Source: Camelus ferus
Taxonomy: Eukaryota
Assembly (NCBI RefSeq): GCF_009834535.1
Contig: NC_045711.1
Coordinates: forward strand, 25,048,001 to 25,112,000
DNA: 64,000 nt
Direction of reading: 5' to 3'
The notes under the pieces were generated by a model. The model saw only the letters and a list, made by a program, of their open reading frames with translations, ran no database searches and was not told the origin of the DNA. The stretch's first letter is position 1. Each line of letters opens with the position of its first letter. A program made the translations under genes and the position numbers. This document shows, one piece after another, positions 1 to 12,829 of this stretch.

Positions 1-591
<591 letters not shown>

Positions 592-832
592 CTCTATCAT
601 TTAATTAAGAAAGCCGTTGCTGTTCAAAAACATCTTTAGAGGGACAGAAAGGATAAAGATGCTAAATTCTGCCTGATTCTGATCAAGAGTCATATTCAGT
701 GGTTGGCTCGATATTGTAAGACCAAACAAGTCCTCCCCACAATTGGAAATACGAGTCATCTACAGCCTCTGCCCTGGTTGCATAAATCTATGTATTCAAG
801 CAATAAAATCACTGCTTAACTAGAAAAAAAAA
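592..832 (+). pseudogene. RPS13: RPS13 processed pseudogene, 3' half
   Basis: Reads [25 protein letters not shown]...[13 protein letters not shown]. Nonsense TAG at 637-639, a 1-nt deletion near 738, stop at 783-785, AATAAA at 802-807, A-tail at 824-832. Confidence 0.92.
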
Positions 833-1331
833 TTTCAGTTTTATCTTGCTGCAAGAGGGAATCCCTGTGCATGTCCAATACCTGATGGAGCTTAGAGAAC
901 AAAGCCAAGAACAAGTCATTTCACTCTCCAGCTCATTTGTCCTATATATTAATAGCCTACAGAATTCAATCAAGTTCACAATGATAACACAAAAGTAAGG
1001 ACTGTGACATTTGCAAAGTTTCACAATGAGGGGACTGCTGCAAAGGGAATTTACTCACTCTGGACAAGAAGGGGGAAAAAGCCTGAAATTTTTAAACATG
1101 AAGAAAACCTTTCTTCAACACTAGGAAGACCACTGTTAATTTTTTTTCCTGGACTCAACATCTGCCAGGTCTCATAAATCAATGAAAATCTTAAACAACT
1201 AAAAAGTCTCAAAAATGAAAATGGTACAAAATAAGTTCAACAGTTTCATATATCAGCTAGTCAAATCTGAGAGAATAAAGAAAAACCAAATGCGTCAAGA
1301 TGGATAATCTAAAAGAAAAAAAAAAAACTAC

Positions 1332-1425
1332 CTTTTTTGTTGAAGGAGGTTTCACACACCAGCATCTCCCCAGGGCCCCAGTCAAAACACATTTGCTTCT
1401 TCTGGGAATTCATTCCTGGAATCAA
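1332..1425 (-). CDS. NUP85: Nucleoporin NUP85, coding exon 2
   Basis: Acceptor tttttactag, then [31 protein letters not shown]+G (94 nt), donor gtag. Matches the NUP85 N-terminus. Confidence 0.93.
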
Positions 1426-1740
1426 CTAGTAAAAATAATAAGGCACAGAAACAGTTATTCTTACTAAAAGTTTTGCCTTCACCTGACTTGAAAATATAAT
1501 CCTAGAAATCAGTGGTCATGAAAGTTATTAAGTGCTAATCTAGGAACACAGCTGAGTGTGGCTGAGATCAGCCCAGTCTCTTAGACTCTAAATGAACAAA
1601 TGAGTTATGCTAGGCACCTCAACACAGCCTGCCACTTCTCAAGTGTTGATTAAAAAAAAAAAAGCTATACTTTGATTATTATATTGTAATTAATGTTCTG
1701 TAGTTCAGAAAAAGGGAAGTTAAAAAAATTTAAAAGGAGA

Positions 1741-1862
1741 GGGGAGGATATATCTCAGTGGTAGAGCACGTGCTTAACATGCATGAGGTCCTGAGTTCAA
1801 TCCCCAGTACATCCATTAAAAAAAAACAAACATAATTACCTACCCACCTAAACTAAAAAAAA
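1741..1862 (+). mobile_element. Vic-1-like tRNA-Ala-derived SINE
   Basis: tRNA-Ala(AGC)-like head with A and B boxes, then an A-rich tail with ATAATTACC and a C-rich end. Confidence 0.85.
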
Positions 1863-1899
1863 AATTTTTAAAGAATTGAACTGTTTATTCCTCACTAAA

Positions 1900-2940
1900 A
1901 AGATAGAGTCCTTGAATCCCATGGCTTCTGTATCACATCTTTGATGATGACTCAATTTTTCTCTCCAACTCAGACCAATCTGAGTCTCAGCTTCATACAT
2001 CCAACTGCCTAATCCACACCTTTATAAGTTATCTAATCTCTAGAGCTCTATCCATAACATCAAGAGCCAAAGAGAACTTTTTAAAAACTGAAATATAGTT
2101 GATTTACAATGTTGTATTAGTTTCTAGTGTACAGCATAGTGATTCAGTGATACATATTTATTCTTTTTCATAATAGGTTATCACAAGCTACTCAATATAG
2201 TTCTCTGTACTATACAGTTGGACCCTGTTGCTTATCTACTTTATATACAGTAGTTTTTATCTACTAATACCAAACTCCTAATTTAGTCCTCCCCCTTCCC
2301 TTTGGTAACCATAAATTTATTTTCTATGTCTGTGGGTTTGTTTCTGTTTTGTAAATAAATTTATTTGTGTCACTTTTTTTTTTTAAGATTCCACATATAA
2401 GTGATATATCTGTCTTTCTCTGTCTGACTTACTTCACTTAGTATGATAATCTCTAGGTCTATCCATGTTGCTGCAAATGGCATTATTTCATTACTTTTAT
2501 GGCTGAGTAGTATTCTGTTGTGTATATCAACTACAACTTGTTTATCCAATCACCTGTCAGGGGACATTTAGGTTGCTTCCCCCAAAAAATACTCCTGATG
2601 CTCATTCCCAAACCTCATTCTACTCCCCCAGCGGGACAAAGCATTCCCCAACTATTAAGAGTAATCCTTGATTCTCTTTTCCTCATCACCTGTGTCCAAT
2701 CTATCAGTAAACCCTGTTCCACCCTTAAATAAGCCTGAATCCAACCACTTACCACTTCTACTAGCCTAATACAAGCCATTGTCAACTCTCATCTGGACCA
2801 CTGCTTTTCTTACATGGTTATTACCTTAAATAGATAAAAGCTCACAAGGGCAGAGGACTCTAGCATTCTCATTTACTGCCTAGAAGAGACTCTAGCACAA
2901 AGTTGGCACTCCATAAATATTGTTGGCAGACAATGAATTT
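1900..2940 (+). mobile_element. L2 LINE fragment interrupted by an L1 3' end
   Basis: Pyrimidine-rich L2-like blocks (catccaactgccta, ctggaccactgc, ataaatattgttg) on both sides of the L1 at 2079-2580. Confidence 0.55.
2079..2580 (-). mobile_element. L1 3' end (cetartiodactyl type)
   Basis: Typical antisense L1 3'UTR/ORF2-end text: gatttacaatgttgtattagtttc ... atccatgttgctgcaaatggcattatttcatt. Confidence 0.8.
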
Positions 2941-3236
2941 GGCTGGCAATAGTCTGATCTCGAGACAAATGCATCCAGTTCTTAGGAGGGGCTAATACAG
3001 TCATTCAACAGCTAAGCAATGTTAATTAAGCCTTTTTCTGTGCTGGGCTCTAGAACACAACAATAAGTAATACGTTCTCTGCCCTCCAGAAGCTAGCAGT
3101 TTACTGAGGAAGACCAGTATGCAAGCAGGCAGTAAGTTAGAAAAATGGTAAGGCGGAGGTACCCACAAAAGATCTATTTTACAGACTCTTAGTGGATAAG
3201 TAGGGCAGGCAAGCGGGGAGCATTATATGCACAGTG

Positions 3237-3960
3237 ATGTTGAAGCAAATGGGTATCCATCTGCAAAAAATGAACCTCATACCACAGACAAAAACTCACT
3301 AAAAATTAGTCACAGACACAAACGTAGAGCAATCTATAAAACTTGAAAAGCACAGTAGAAAATCTTTCTGACCTTAAAGTAAGCAAAAATGGATGTGACA
3401 CAAAAAGCACAAACTGTGGAAGAAAATTTTNNNNNNNNNNNNNNNNNNNNNNNNNNNNNNNNNNNNNNNNNNNNNNNNNNNNNNNNNNNNNNNNNNNNNN
3501 NNNNNNNNNNNNNNNNNNNNNNNNNNNNNNNNNNNNNNNNNNNNNNNNNNNNNNNNNNNNNNNNNNNNNNNNNNNNNNNNNNNNNAAAAAACCCAGTAAC
3601 AAAATGGGCAAAAGATTTGACACTTTATCAAAGATATACAAATGGTCTAGATAAGCACATTAAAAGATGCTCAATATCTTTCATTATGAGGGGAATACAA
3701 ATCAAAATGATGAGCTACCACTATATACCCACTAAAATGGCAATGTTGCTAAAATTATAGACTGATCATATAACGACCTGATGAGGATATGGAACTGGAA
3801 CTCTCATACGTTGCTGGCGCAAAAAAAAAAAAAAAAAAAAAAAGTATAACCACTTTGGAGAACTGACAGTTTATTTTAGCTAAATATGCCTCTGTCTTAT
3901 AATCCAACAATTCCACTTCTAGGTATTTATGCAGAAACAAACAAACAAACAAAAAAGGCA
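3237..3960 (+). mobile_element. Old L1 (L1M) ORF2 C-terminal fragment, partly N-masked
   Basis: Degenerate ORF2 text (aaaatgggcaaaagatttga, caaatcaaaatgatgagctaccac). Ns at 3431-3585. Confidence 0.7.
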
Positions 3961-5329
3961 ACATGAACTGCATCTTACATTTCTTAAGAGTCCTTGAACT
4001 AAAAGGATAAGACCACTGATCTAGAAAAACTACAAGATTATTCTAACTCCCTATTTTGAATCTATACTTAACACATCCCTGAATCTGCTAATTACTAACT
4101 GCACATCGATAAGAGGAAGCAGCTGCATGAAAAGCAGACACAACTGCTATAAAAGGTGACTTAATGGTGTTCAGGATTATTCATCAGCCTCTTGCGAGTA
4201 TGTTTAGAGTAAGCCCAAACAACAGATTAACACTCAAATATAGACATGACTGAGCCTGAACTTGCAGAGTTGAGGTTCAGATTCTAGACTGTGGAGTTCT
4301 GCCAAGATAATGCCCCCTCTGAGAGGCTACCGGTTTCCTACCTGGTCTCCCCAACATCAATGTAAAGCTGGATTATCACAAGTCAATCATCACTACTCAG
4401 AATAAATATAAGCTTAGATCATTTTCATTCCATTTGTAAACACATGGCTCATTAGTCACAGTCCAATATCATAGTAGTGGCTCTCCGGGGTTGCACAGGG
4501 TACTGGGAATGCTCCCCCATCCAAAGATTCTAACATAGGTGAAGGAAGGAAAAGCAAGGTAATATGTTTGAAAAAGTTCCAGTGATTCTGATAGTCTAAT
4601 TTTTCTTCCTGCAAAACACTGACACAGTCCTTAAAAACATTTAATATTTAAGGTACTTTACACAGCATTAAAAGTTAACACATTAAAGCATATAGCAGTA
4701 AGCTTTATAGAGTTTAACAACCCAAATAAACTGCTATTTAATACAGGGATGTCTCCTTTTATCCAGTTAGCTTTGGAATGACTTCTGTTTTCAATTTTTG
4801 GTTTTGTCAGATACTGGTTTGCAATCTGATGGCTTTAGCTGAAAACTGTAGGCATCTTAACTTTCTAAGAAACAAAAAACACAAGGCCAGGCTACCTGCA
4901 GGTTAGTGGGGCTTAGAGGTTACCAAGAGCTAACAGGTGCAGAGCAAGCCTTAAGGACAGACAGAAATATCTAACCTCGTCAAGAATGTCAGGAAAGGCT
5001 TTCCTGTCAAAGAGCTAATGGAGCTGCATGTGAAAAATGAGCAGGAGATAAATCTACGTGAGAAGAAAAGAGCATTCCAGGCAGGGGGAACGGTAGGTAT
5101 CTTGTACCTAAAAGCCATAAATCACAGATCATCCACACCTGACATGCTCTTTTCAGAGTTCAAACTGAATCGAAAGCAAACAGATCAATAAAACCAGGAA
5201 TAGACTACAGAGAGAATAAATACGTTTAGTAAACCTTAGGCCAGCTCAAGCAGCTGGCTTTAAGCTCAAGGCGCTGCGAAGTGAAGCTTAGTTCGGCTGG
5301 AAGGAAAAATGCCCCAGTTTCTCTGCTTG

Positions 5330-6150
5330 GTCCGAGCCCGCTCATTCAAGCATGAATCCAACAGAAAAAGAGAAGTAGGAAGGTAAGGAAGACATGGCAC
5401 AAAAAGGGATGGAGTGGGCCTCCGAGGCCAGGTATTTTGAGCATACAAAGGGGCAGAAACCCAGCGACCACTGCGACCCAAACACGGGTACCCAGTTTAT
5501 GTGACTTCCGGGCGATGGCAACTGAACCGAGTGAGGGGAGGGGACGAGCACCTCGCAGTTGGCAAGGAAGCCTTCAGTGACGAAACGGACCCAATCCTCG
5601 GACCTCTAAGACAATGACTTACAGTGACTGTCGGCTCGCCGTCAAGCTCCTCCATAGCGCCGCACCTCAGCCGCCTGGACCCCTCAGCGCCGCCACGGCT
5701 CTCACTCAGGACTCCCGCTCAGAGGCAGCTGCGAGAGAGGACCTTAAATTGGCTGCCGTCTGAGCGCCTCCTGCACTGCCTGCAGGCCCCAACCACCAAG
5801 GCTGCAGGGGGCTTCTCCTCTTGGCCACAACCACCCCGCTGCGGCACTCTACACGTGTCCCTCCCTCCTGGCCTCGACAATGCGACAGGGAAAACAGCGC
5901 CAGGGGCAGCGTATCCTCACAGTAACGCTTTCGCCAGATCAGGCGCCGCCGGGGACAACCCCGAGCCGGGCAGAGAGAAGGCCCCCAGAGACGGCGGGAG
6001 CGGCGGCGATGCAGCTGCGCGTGCGCGGGCAAAGGCTGGCTCTTGGGTTTGTTGCGGGCGTGAGCGAGCCCTCCACCTCTCCTGACTCTGGCTTTACTCC
6101 CTGCTTCTTGGTCTGCAGGTTAGCGTCGTCGCCGCTGTTTCTCTGAGTGG
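5330..6150 (-). promoter_or_regulatory. NUP85 CpG-island promoter
   Basis: High GC and CpG density around the NUP85 start codon. ATTGG near 5748 and an ETS-like ACTTCCGG near 5504-5511. Confidence 0.75.
5623..5655 (-). CDS. NUP85: Nucleoporin NUP85, coding exon 1
   Basis: ATG at 5655, MEELDGEPTVT, donor gtaagt, inside a CpG island. In phase with exon 2. Confidence 0.93.
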
Positions 6151-6534
6151 TGTCCTTGGCAAGAGGGTCCCGTTGTTCAATCGGGCTTGTGTACGAAGGT
6201 AGTCGCCGTCACTCCCACCCCAAAAAGCTCAAGAGGCATGGGGACAAAATAGATGCAGCTGAAACAACTGAGAAATCGAAACAGCTGGGCTTAATTGAAC
6301 ACAAATACTGTTGTTATCTCACCAAAGAAAAGCAGGAAAAAACACTCAAATAAGGGAATCCCAGGTCTTGTTAAGGAAAACCTCAAAAGTGCTCCGGTAA
6401 CAATAGTAGTTTTTTGTTTGTTTTGTTTTGCTTTGTTGGAGGGAGGTCCAATAGGACCTCTCTTGAAATTTTATTTCAAATAATTTCAAAACACAAGGTA
6501 TATGAATTTTAGTATATAGTATATATAACAAAAA

Positions 6535-7090
6535 CTTCTCAACCTCCACACTATTGACATTTGCGCCAGATAANNNNNNNNNNNNNNNNNNNNNNNNNNN
6601 NNNNNNNNNNNNNNNNNNNNNNNNNNNNNNNNNNNNNNNNNNNNNNNNNNNNNNNNNNNNNNNNNNNNNNNNNNNNNNNNNNNNNNNNNNNNNNNNNNNN
6701 NNNNGGGGACAGGATGAAGGCACTCAAAAGATACAAACTCCCAGTTACAAGATAAATCAGTAGTAGGGATGTAATGTACAGCATGACAAATATAATTAAC
6801 TCTGCTGTATGTTATACATGGAAATTGTTAAGAGTAAATCCCAAGAGTTTTCATCACAAGGAAAAAATTTTATTTCTTTAATTTTGTATCTATGTGAGGT
6901 GACAGATGTTCACTAAACCTATTGTGGGTATCATTTCATGATGTATATAAATCAAATCATTTTTATGTACACCTTAAACTTATACAGTGCTGTATGTCAA
7001 TTATATCTCAACAAAACTGGAAGAAAAAAATGTCTCTAGTATTCCCAATATCCCCTAGGGGGCAAAATCACCTCTGTTAAGAGCTACTGT
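6535..7090 (+). mobile_element. MER20-like hAT DNA transposon split by an L1MA-type 3'UTR (about 6705-7030)
   Basis: MER20 5' end (ttctcaacctccacactattgacattt) and 3' end (cccctagggggcaaaatcacc) flank an L1 3'UTR. Ns at 6574-6704. Confidence 0.7.
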
Positions 7091-7447
7091 CATGGATATT
7101 CAAACTACAGAGGCACAGCTAAGTAAATACAATAGCAATGAGATATTCACCTATTTAGAAGAATTACAAAGACTGAGAAGAACATGGAAAAGTCAAGAAG
7201 TTTTAAAATGTACACCTCTTTGTCCCCATAATTACACTTCTAGGAAATAATTAAGAGGGACATTTTGAATAATCACCAAAAAAAGAGGAAATAACAAATG
7301 TCTTACTGTTAGAGAAGGCTTATGCAATCATTAAAAGGTAGTTGTAGCGAACTTTTATAGATAAAATTCAGTAATATTTTGTTAAGAACTTTCTCAATTT
7401 TGTAAATATTTAAAGTTATCAATATTTACATAGAAAAAAAGACTGGC

Positions 7448-7530
7448 TCATGTATAACTGAAAAATTGTGCTCTTCACTGGAATTTGACACAACATTGTA
7501 AAATGATTATAACTCATAAAATGTAAAAAA
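7448..7530 (+). mobile_element. Extremely 5'-truncated L1 3' tail with target-site duplication
   Basis: tgtataactgaaaaattgtgc...gacacaacattgtaaaatg plus poly(A), flanked by a 14-bp direct repeat AAAAAAAGACTGGC (7434-7447 and 7531-7544). Confidence 0.75.
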
Positions 7531-7813
7531 AAAAAAAGACTGGCAAGAATGAGTATTATTACTCTTATAATCAGAAAAAGTTAAAAAAAGTTAAAAAAAG
7601 AAAAAAAAGAAAAAGTTATCTTTTAGCATGTTTACCACACAATTTTAAATTTAAAAGCAAACCCAAAATTGTGCATTTGTACAATCATATAAAAAAATTT
7701 ACCTGTGGATAAAGATTGGAAATTAAAATAGGTAAGTATTGTGTTATAGGAATGTGAATTAAAATTTTTTATTTTGTAATATATATTTTTTCTTTTAAAT
7801 ATATTTTACTGAT

Positions 7814-7956
7814 GGGGGAGGGTATAGCTCAAGTGGTAGAGTGCATGCTTAGCATGCAAGAGGTCCTGGGTTCAATCTCCAGTACCTACATTAAAGCAAA
7901 CAAACAAAAACTAATAATAAACAAATAGACCTAATAACCTCCTCCACACCAAAAAG
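7814..7956 (+). mobile_element. Vic-1-like SINE
   Basis: tRNA-Ala-like head and A-rich tail. Near-identical TATATTTT(TT)ACTGAT on both sides. Confidence 0.88.
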
Positions 7957-8152
7957 TATATATTTTTTACTGATAAATGTTTTAAGTACAAATAGAGATA
8001 CATACATATGTACACATACGTGAATAAAGCCATATTTGTAAAAACCTGTCTTATAACTCTATAAATGTACATCCAGCCACGTAAGACTTTAAATTGAGAC
8101 ATAAAATTATAAATGTGACAAATTTATTATTGGAAGAGTTAAAGCTGCTCTA

Positions 8153-8291
8153 GGGGGAGGGTATAGCTCAAGCGGTAGAGCGCATGCTTAGCAAGCACAA
8201 GGTCCTGGGTTCAATCCCCAGTACCTCCATTGAAAAACTAAATAAATAAACCTAATTACCTACCCCCTGCAAAAAAAAAAAAAAAAGAAAA
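8153..8291 (+). mobile_element. Vic-1-like SINE
   Basis: Near-perfect tRNA-Ala head, tail CCTAATTACC and poly(A). TSD AAAGCTGCTCT at 8141-8151 and 8292-8302. Confidence 0.92.
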
Positions 8292-8307
8292 AAAGCTGCT
8301 CTGGCCC

Positions 8308-8473
8308 TGTGGTTCTCAAACTTTAGTGAACTTCAGAATTATCTACAGTGCTTGTTAAACCACTGATTCCTGGGCTCTACCCCAGAGCTTCTAATTCAGT
8401 AGGCCTCGGCTGGGGCCCGGGTTCCCAGGTGAAGGTGATATTGTTGCCCAGGGGACCATCCTTTGAGAACCAT
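8308..8473. mobile_element. MER5A-like hAT DNA transposon
   Basis: Ends gtggttctcaaacttt and tttgagaaccatc form terminal inverted repeats, with MER5A-like internal text. Confidence 0.65.
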
Positions 8474-9013
8474 CCTTCCAACTCTGTCTTTTACAGTGAG
8501 AGTAATCAAGCACAAACAGGAATTTGAAGAGGACAGCTATTATGTATATTTGGCCCAACTGCAAAATATAAACTTTGTTCAGTTTGTTTCTGTTCGTTTT
8601 ATACAGCTTCAAGTCATTGGGCCCTTCTCAAATCCAGTAATGGATGCAGGAGTAGGACTGGAGCATTTCATGGGGTTAGAAGAACTTGAAATTGTGATAC
8701 CAGAGTAGAGACTGCATAATTGACAGTTTACCTGACAGGAACCCTAACAGAAGCATTTTTGGTATTCTTATGCCAAGTATTATGTTACTATTGCACCAAT
8801 AATTCAATGAACATTTATCAAGGACTAGCTCTCAGGACCTTGTTATTTGCTGAGACTAAGAAACTGAAAAGCAACGATACTTGCCCTCAAAAAGCTTACA
8901 GGGCCATTCTCAATTTGTACAATATGTATATTTTATTCAGTGAATGTATTGTGAAAAGGAACAATATTTCCCTACATGGTACACCCCAGCTGACACATTC
9001 AAAGTGAAATAAA

Positions 9014-9120
9014 GAGTGTGTACCTAGAATGCAGAGGTCCTGGTACCTCCCCAGTACCTCCATTAAAAGAAATAAGTAAACCTAATAAACCTAATTACTC
9101 CCCCCTTCCCCACCCCCCAA
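9014..9120 (+). mobile_element. 5'-truncated Vic-1-like SINE
   Basis: gaggtcctgg...cagtacctccattaaaa...cctaattactcccc, with AAAGTGAA on both sides. Confidence 0.75.
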
Positions 9121-9854
9121 AAAGTGAACTGTGCCAAGTCCTTGACTTTGACTGTTTGTGCAGTCTTGGGTCCCACCTTCTTTGCCATGACCCCAAGGAT
9201 AGAAAGTTGGAAGGTTTCCACAATATCACCGTTCTCTCTCCAGATTTCTTGCAGTATTCAGGGACTGAGTATTCAGTACTCCTGCAGGATTCACAGAGAG
9301 AGCTCAAGTACTCAACCAAAAAAAATTGTTAGAATGTGAGGAAATTTGATGGTATAAACTACACACAGCTTAGTCATCTGTATTATAAGTTTTATGTGTT
9401 TCTCAGGGTTTGGGACAAGGATTTCAAGCTCTAAACACTTTCTGTGATTCTTGTTTTCCTGCCCCTTTTAGGAATGATGTGTTTTCTTTGGCATCTGACC
9501 CTGAGGAATACATTCTGGCTGGTTCCCCTTATTCTTACCTTCTACTTCCTTTGATGTTTAATTATTCAATTATTGATATTTAATTAGGTTTCTAGAGGAA
9601 TTAGGCCTTTCTTGGTGAAAACTGCTCAATACACAACTCCCTCATTCATTTCTTCATGGGCCTATTAGGATCCAGAAACTGAGCTGGGTGTTCAGAACTG
9701 TAAACAAGACAGACTGCTCTCATGGAACTGCCACTTGACAACCAAACAAAATTTGAATCAAAACAATTTGACTGGTGCTCCTAACATTAGTCTAGGATTT
9801 TTTTTTCTGCTTGTTTTCTCTCTGAGGCCTTCCATAGGAGCCTGGATGCAGTCC

Positions 9855-10068
9855 TATGGTAATTAAGCTGTCTGAGCTCTGAGTCAGAAAGCCTGAGTTC
9901 TCCTAGCTTTGCCACTTCAAGTTGGGTGACCAAGTTGCCCAGCCTTTCTATGTCTCAATTTCATCACTGTAAAATGGGGATAATAGTAACAGAGGCTTTG
10001 TGAGGATTAAAGGCTTGGCACAGAATTGCCACATAATAATCACTCAATTAATGTTTGCTACCGTTCGT
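9855..10068 (+). mobile_element. MIR SINE
   Basis: MIR core text: tctcaatttcatcactgtaaaatgggataatagt...gtgaggattaaa. Confidence 0.7.
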
Positions 10069-11379
10069 TTTTATATACTACTCCTTGCACTTTCTTTTTC
10101 CAGACCACTCTTTTCCAGGGCACAGCCACCCCCTTTCCGCACACCTATGAATATGATAGAGGGATAAACTTAACATTGGGAAATTTCTATCTTTTTACCA
10201 TTTTTTCCCCTGGAAATTGGAAAGAGACTCAATATACAGTTTTAGTAGATTCCTTAGGCTCAGGTCACAGAATTCCAGTTTGTCACTGGAACATATATTG
10301 CTCACACGTTTGAATATGCTTAACTACTTTTTATAGAATTCCTCCTTTGCCTGAAGTTGATTTTGTAATTTAGCATAACTTTGGGGGGGGGATATTGTAG
10401 GACACATGTCACCCAGAAGCTAATGACTAAAAACCATTTGATTATTAGAGTCCCCCACATTTTACTGAGGGGGAGTTTAACATGACATATTTCTCTCTGA
10501 TGGTTCTGCAGTCCTACAAGCCTGGGAAGATGTGTGGTGGCATCAGAAGACCTGGGTTCAAGAGAGCAAGGATAGCATCTCCTTTTCTTTCCCTACAGTA
10601 CGTGGCACAGCGCCCAGCATTTTCATTCCCTGGCATATAGTAGGAGTTAATTTAACACTACTTGCTAGCTGTGTGATAATAGGCAAGTTACTTAACTCTT
10701 CTGAGCCTCAGTAACAAATAAATATATCCACTTGGAAGTGTTTGTATAAGAAAAAAAAAAGTGCTGATATTAGTAAAGCCCCACTCAGTGCCCAACACAT
10801 GGCAGTTGGTTCTCTTCCCCTTTCACTTCTTGCATATTTCCTACCCTTCCCGTTCTGCACCCCCCCACCCCAATTATAAGTTATTTAATAAGTCAGGGAC
10901 TTGTCCTTCTTTCTCTGCCCAATGCCTAGCACAGGATCTTACCCAAAGTGATAGTTTCAATTTATTCACTCACACAGTGAATCTTTACCCATTGAAAATG
11001 CTCAAAAGCTTAGAGAGCAGGTACATTCAGAGACCCCAAGTAATTGAATATAACCGAAGCAGAGGCTTCCAGGAGGAAGTGATAGAAAAGTGCTAGAATG
11101 GTTAGCCTGCACTAGCTCTCAAAGGGCTCTGTAGGTCTTATGAGAATTTTGGACTTTCTCCTGTAAGGCAGAGGATTGCCATTGAACCAAGGAGTGACAG
11201 AAACTTCACTTATTTTGTTTTTTATTTTAGAATGGTTTGTGGTTCTCAGACTTCAGACTTTAGTGTCCTTAAGAGGCACCAGGTAAGCTTGTTAAAAAGG
11301 GAGATTCCAGAGCCACACTGCCCAAGAATATGCATTTAAACCAGGATCCTGGATGATTCTGATTCATTTAAATATTCAG

Positions 11380-12290
11380 ACACAAGTCAGACATACCACA
11401 AAACAAAAAGACCAGTTAGGAGGCTATTGCAGTAGCCCTGGGAAGATCTGACTTGAACTTAGCCTTCCCCTGCCTCCCCTGATCAATTTGACTTTCTAGG
11501 CCTGCTCTGCATCTAAGGTCTCAAGCTTCCTCTATCCCTTAGAGGACCAGCTGGCACCTGGGCAAGTCTAGTGTAGCCCAGAGACTGGACAGAGGCTGAA
11601 GAGAAGTAGACAGATTTGATAGGTATTAAAAAGGTGCAGTAGACAAGAATTGGAGATTGACTGTATGGGGAATGTGAGAAAGTCAAGGATGCCCCGTGGC
11701 TTTTTGGCTTGGAGGAATGTTACAATGGTTTATCATTCAGTGAACCTTGAACTTCAAAGAGAGGGGCCAGATGGGGAAGTAAATTGAAGAATTTTAGTTG
11801 AGATTTCCTGAGCTTGAGGTTCCTCTAGTTCATCCAAGTGGAGATGTTCAGAAGTCAGTTGAATTTATACATTGGAAGTTTGGAAAAAACTCTGGACTAG
11901 AAATCTAGATATGAGAATCACAAGCAAATAGATGGTAACGGAAGTAGTTGAAATTATCCCAGGAGAGGGAATAGAATGGGAAGAGAAACGAGATAAAACC
12001 CAGGGAACATTTAAGGAAAGGGCTGAGGAAGAAAATAATTGCAAAGGGATCAGGGCCAGGTCAGAGTCACAGTCCAGAGTCATAGGGAGGGAGTTCAAGA
12101 GGAGTGCAGAACTGGGAAACATCCTGGATTCAGCAAAGAATTCTGCCGTGACCTTGTAGAAAGCAGTTTGAGTGGAGCCGTGGGGACAGCACCAGATTGC
12201 AGGGGATTTAGGAGTGAGTGGGAGGTGAGGGAGTGAGGACAGCTGGCGTGGACATTTTTTCAAGATGTTTGGCCAAGAAAGAAGAGAGAT
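11380..12290 (-). mobile_element. L2 LINE fragment
   Basis: Purine-rich antisense L2 text (gttaggaggctattgcagtag, gtggagatgttcag). Confidence 0.6.
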
Positions 12291-12829
12291 ATCAGAAGGA
12301 ACTAGAATTGAGAATCTTTTTCTACGCTAACCCAGGCTTAGGAAATAATCGATGAAATCTACGGAGAGGAGCGGGAAAGATCCACAGCGCGGATGTCAGG
12401 ATTGGTAAGACAGGAAAGATCTACTTCTGAACCGGATGTAAGGAGGAAATGATTGGTTTGGAAGCTTGATGTTGGGTACTTCTCTCTGGATTCGGCTTCC
12501 TCTTGGAGGTTGGGAGCCGGGCCATGAGTAAGGAGTTTGTAGGATGAACCTTTTTCCTCATAGACAAAGTATAGGCTTTCCAGGGGGACGGAAGCAGTCA
12601 CTGCACTAAGGCAAGAGCCTGCTGCGAAGCTGGTTGAGGCTGAATCTTTCAAATTCAAGGAGTAAGAGGCTGACTGAGAGGGAATGTGATGTTCCTCTGA
12701 CCGTGAGGAAAGCTGCATTTAGGCCACCGAACAAGAGGTTTTTGTCACAGAACCTCACGCTGGGGCTTTGATTTAGGCTCCCCTTTCCTTGCCTAGTCTG
12801 TCTGCCTTCCCCGGCCTGTGTCTCACGTC

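Noticed and set aside
8153-8229. Apparent tRNA-Ala(AGC) genes here and at the other 16 loci
   Set aside because: Each has a SINE tail (AATAAA repeats, CCTAATTACC) and usually a TSD, and most have broken stems. They are tRNA-derived SINEs.
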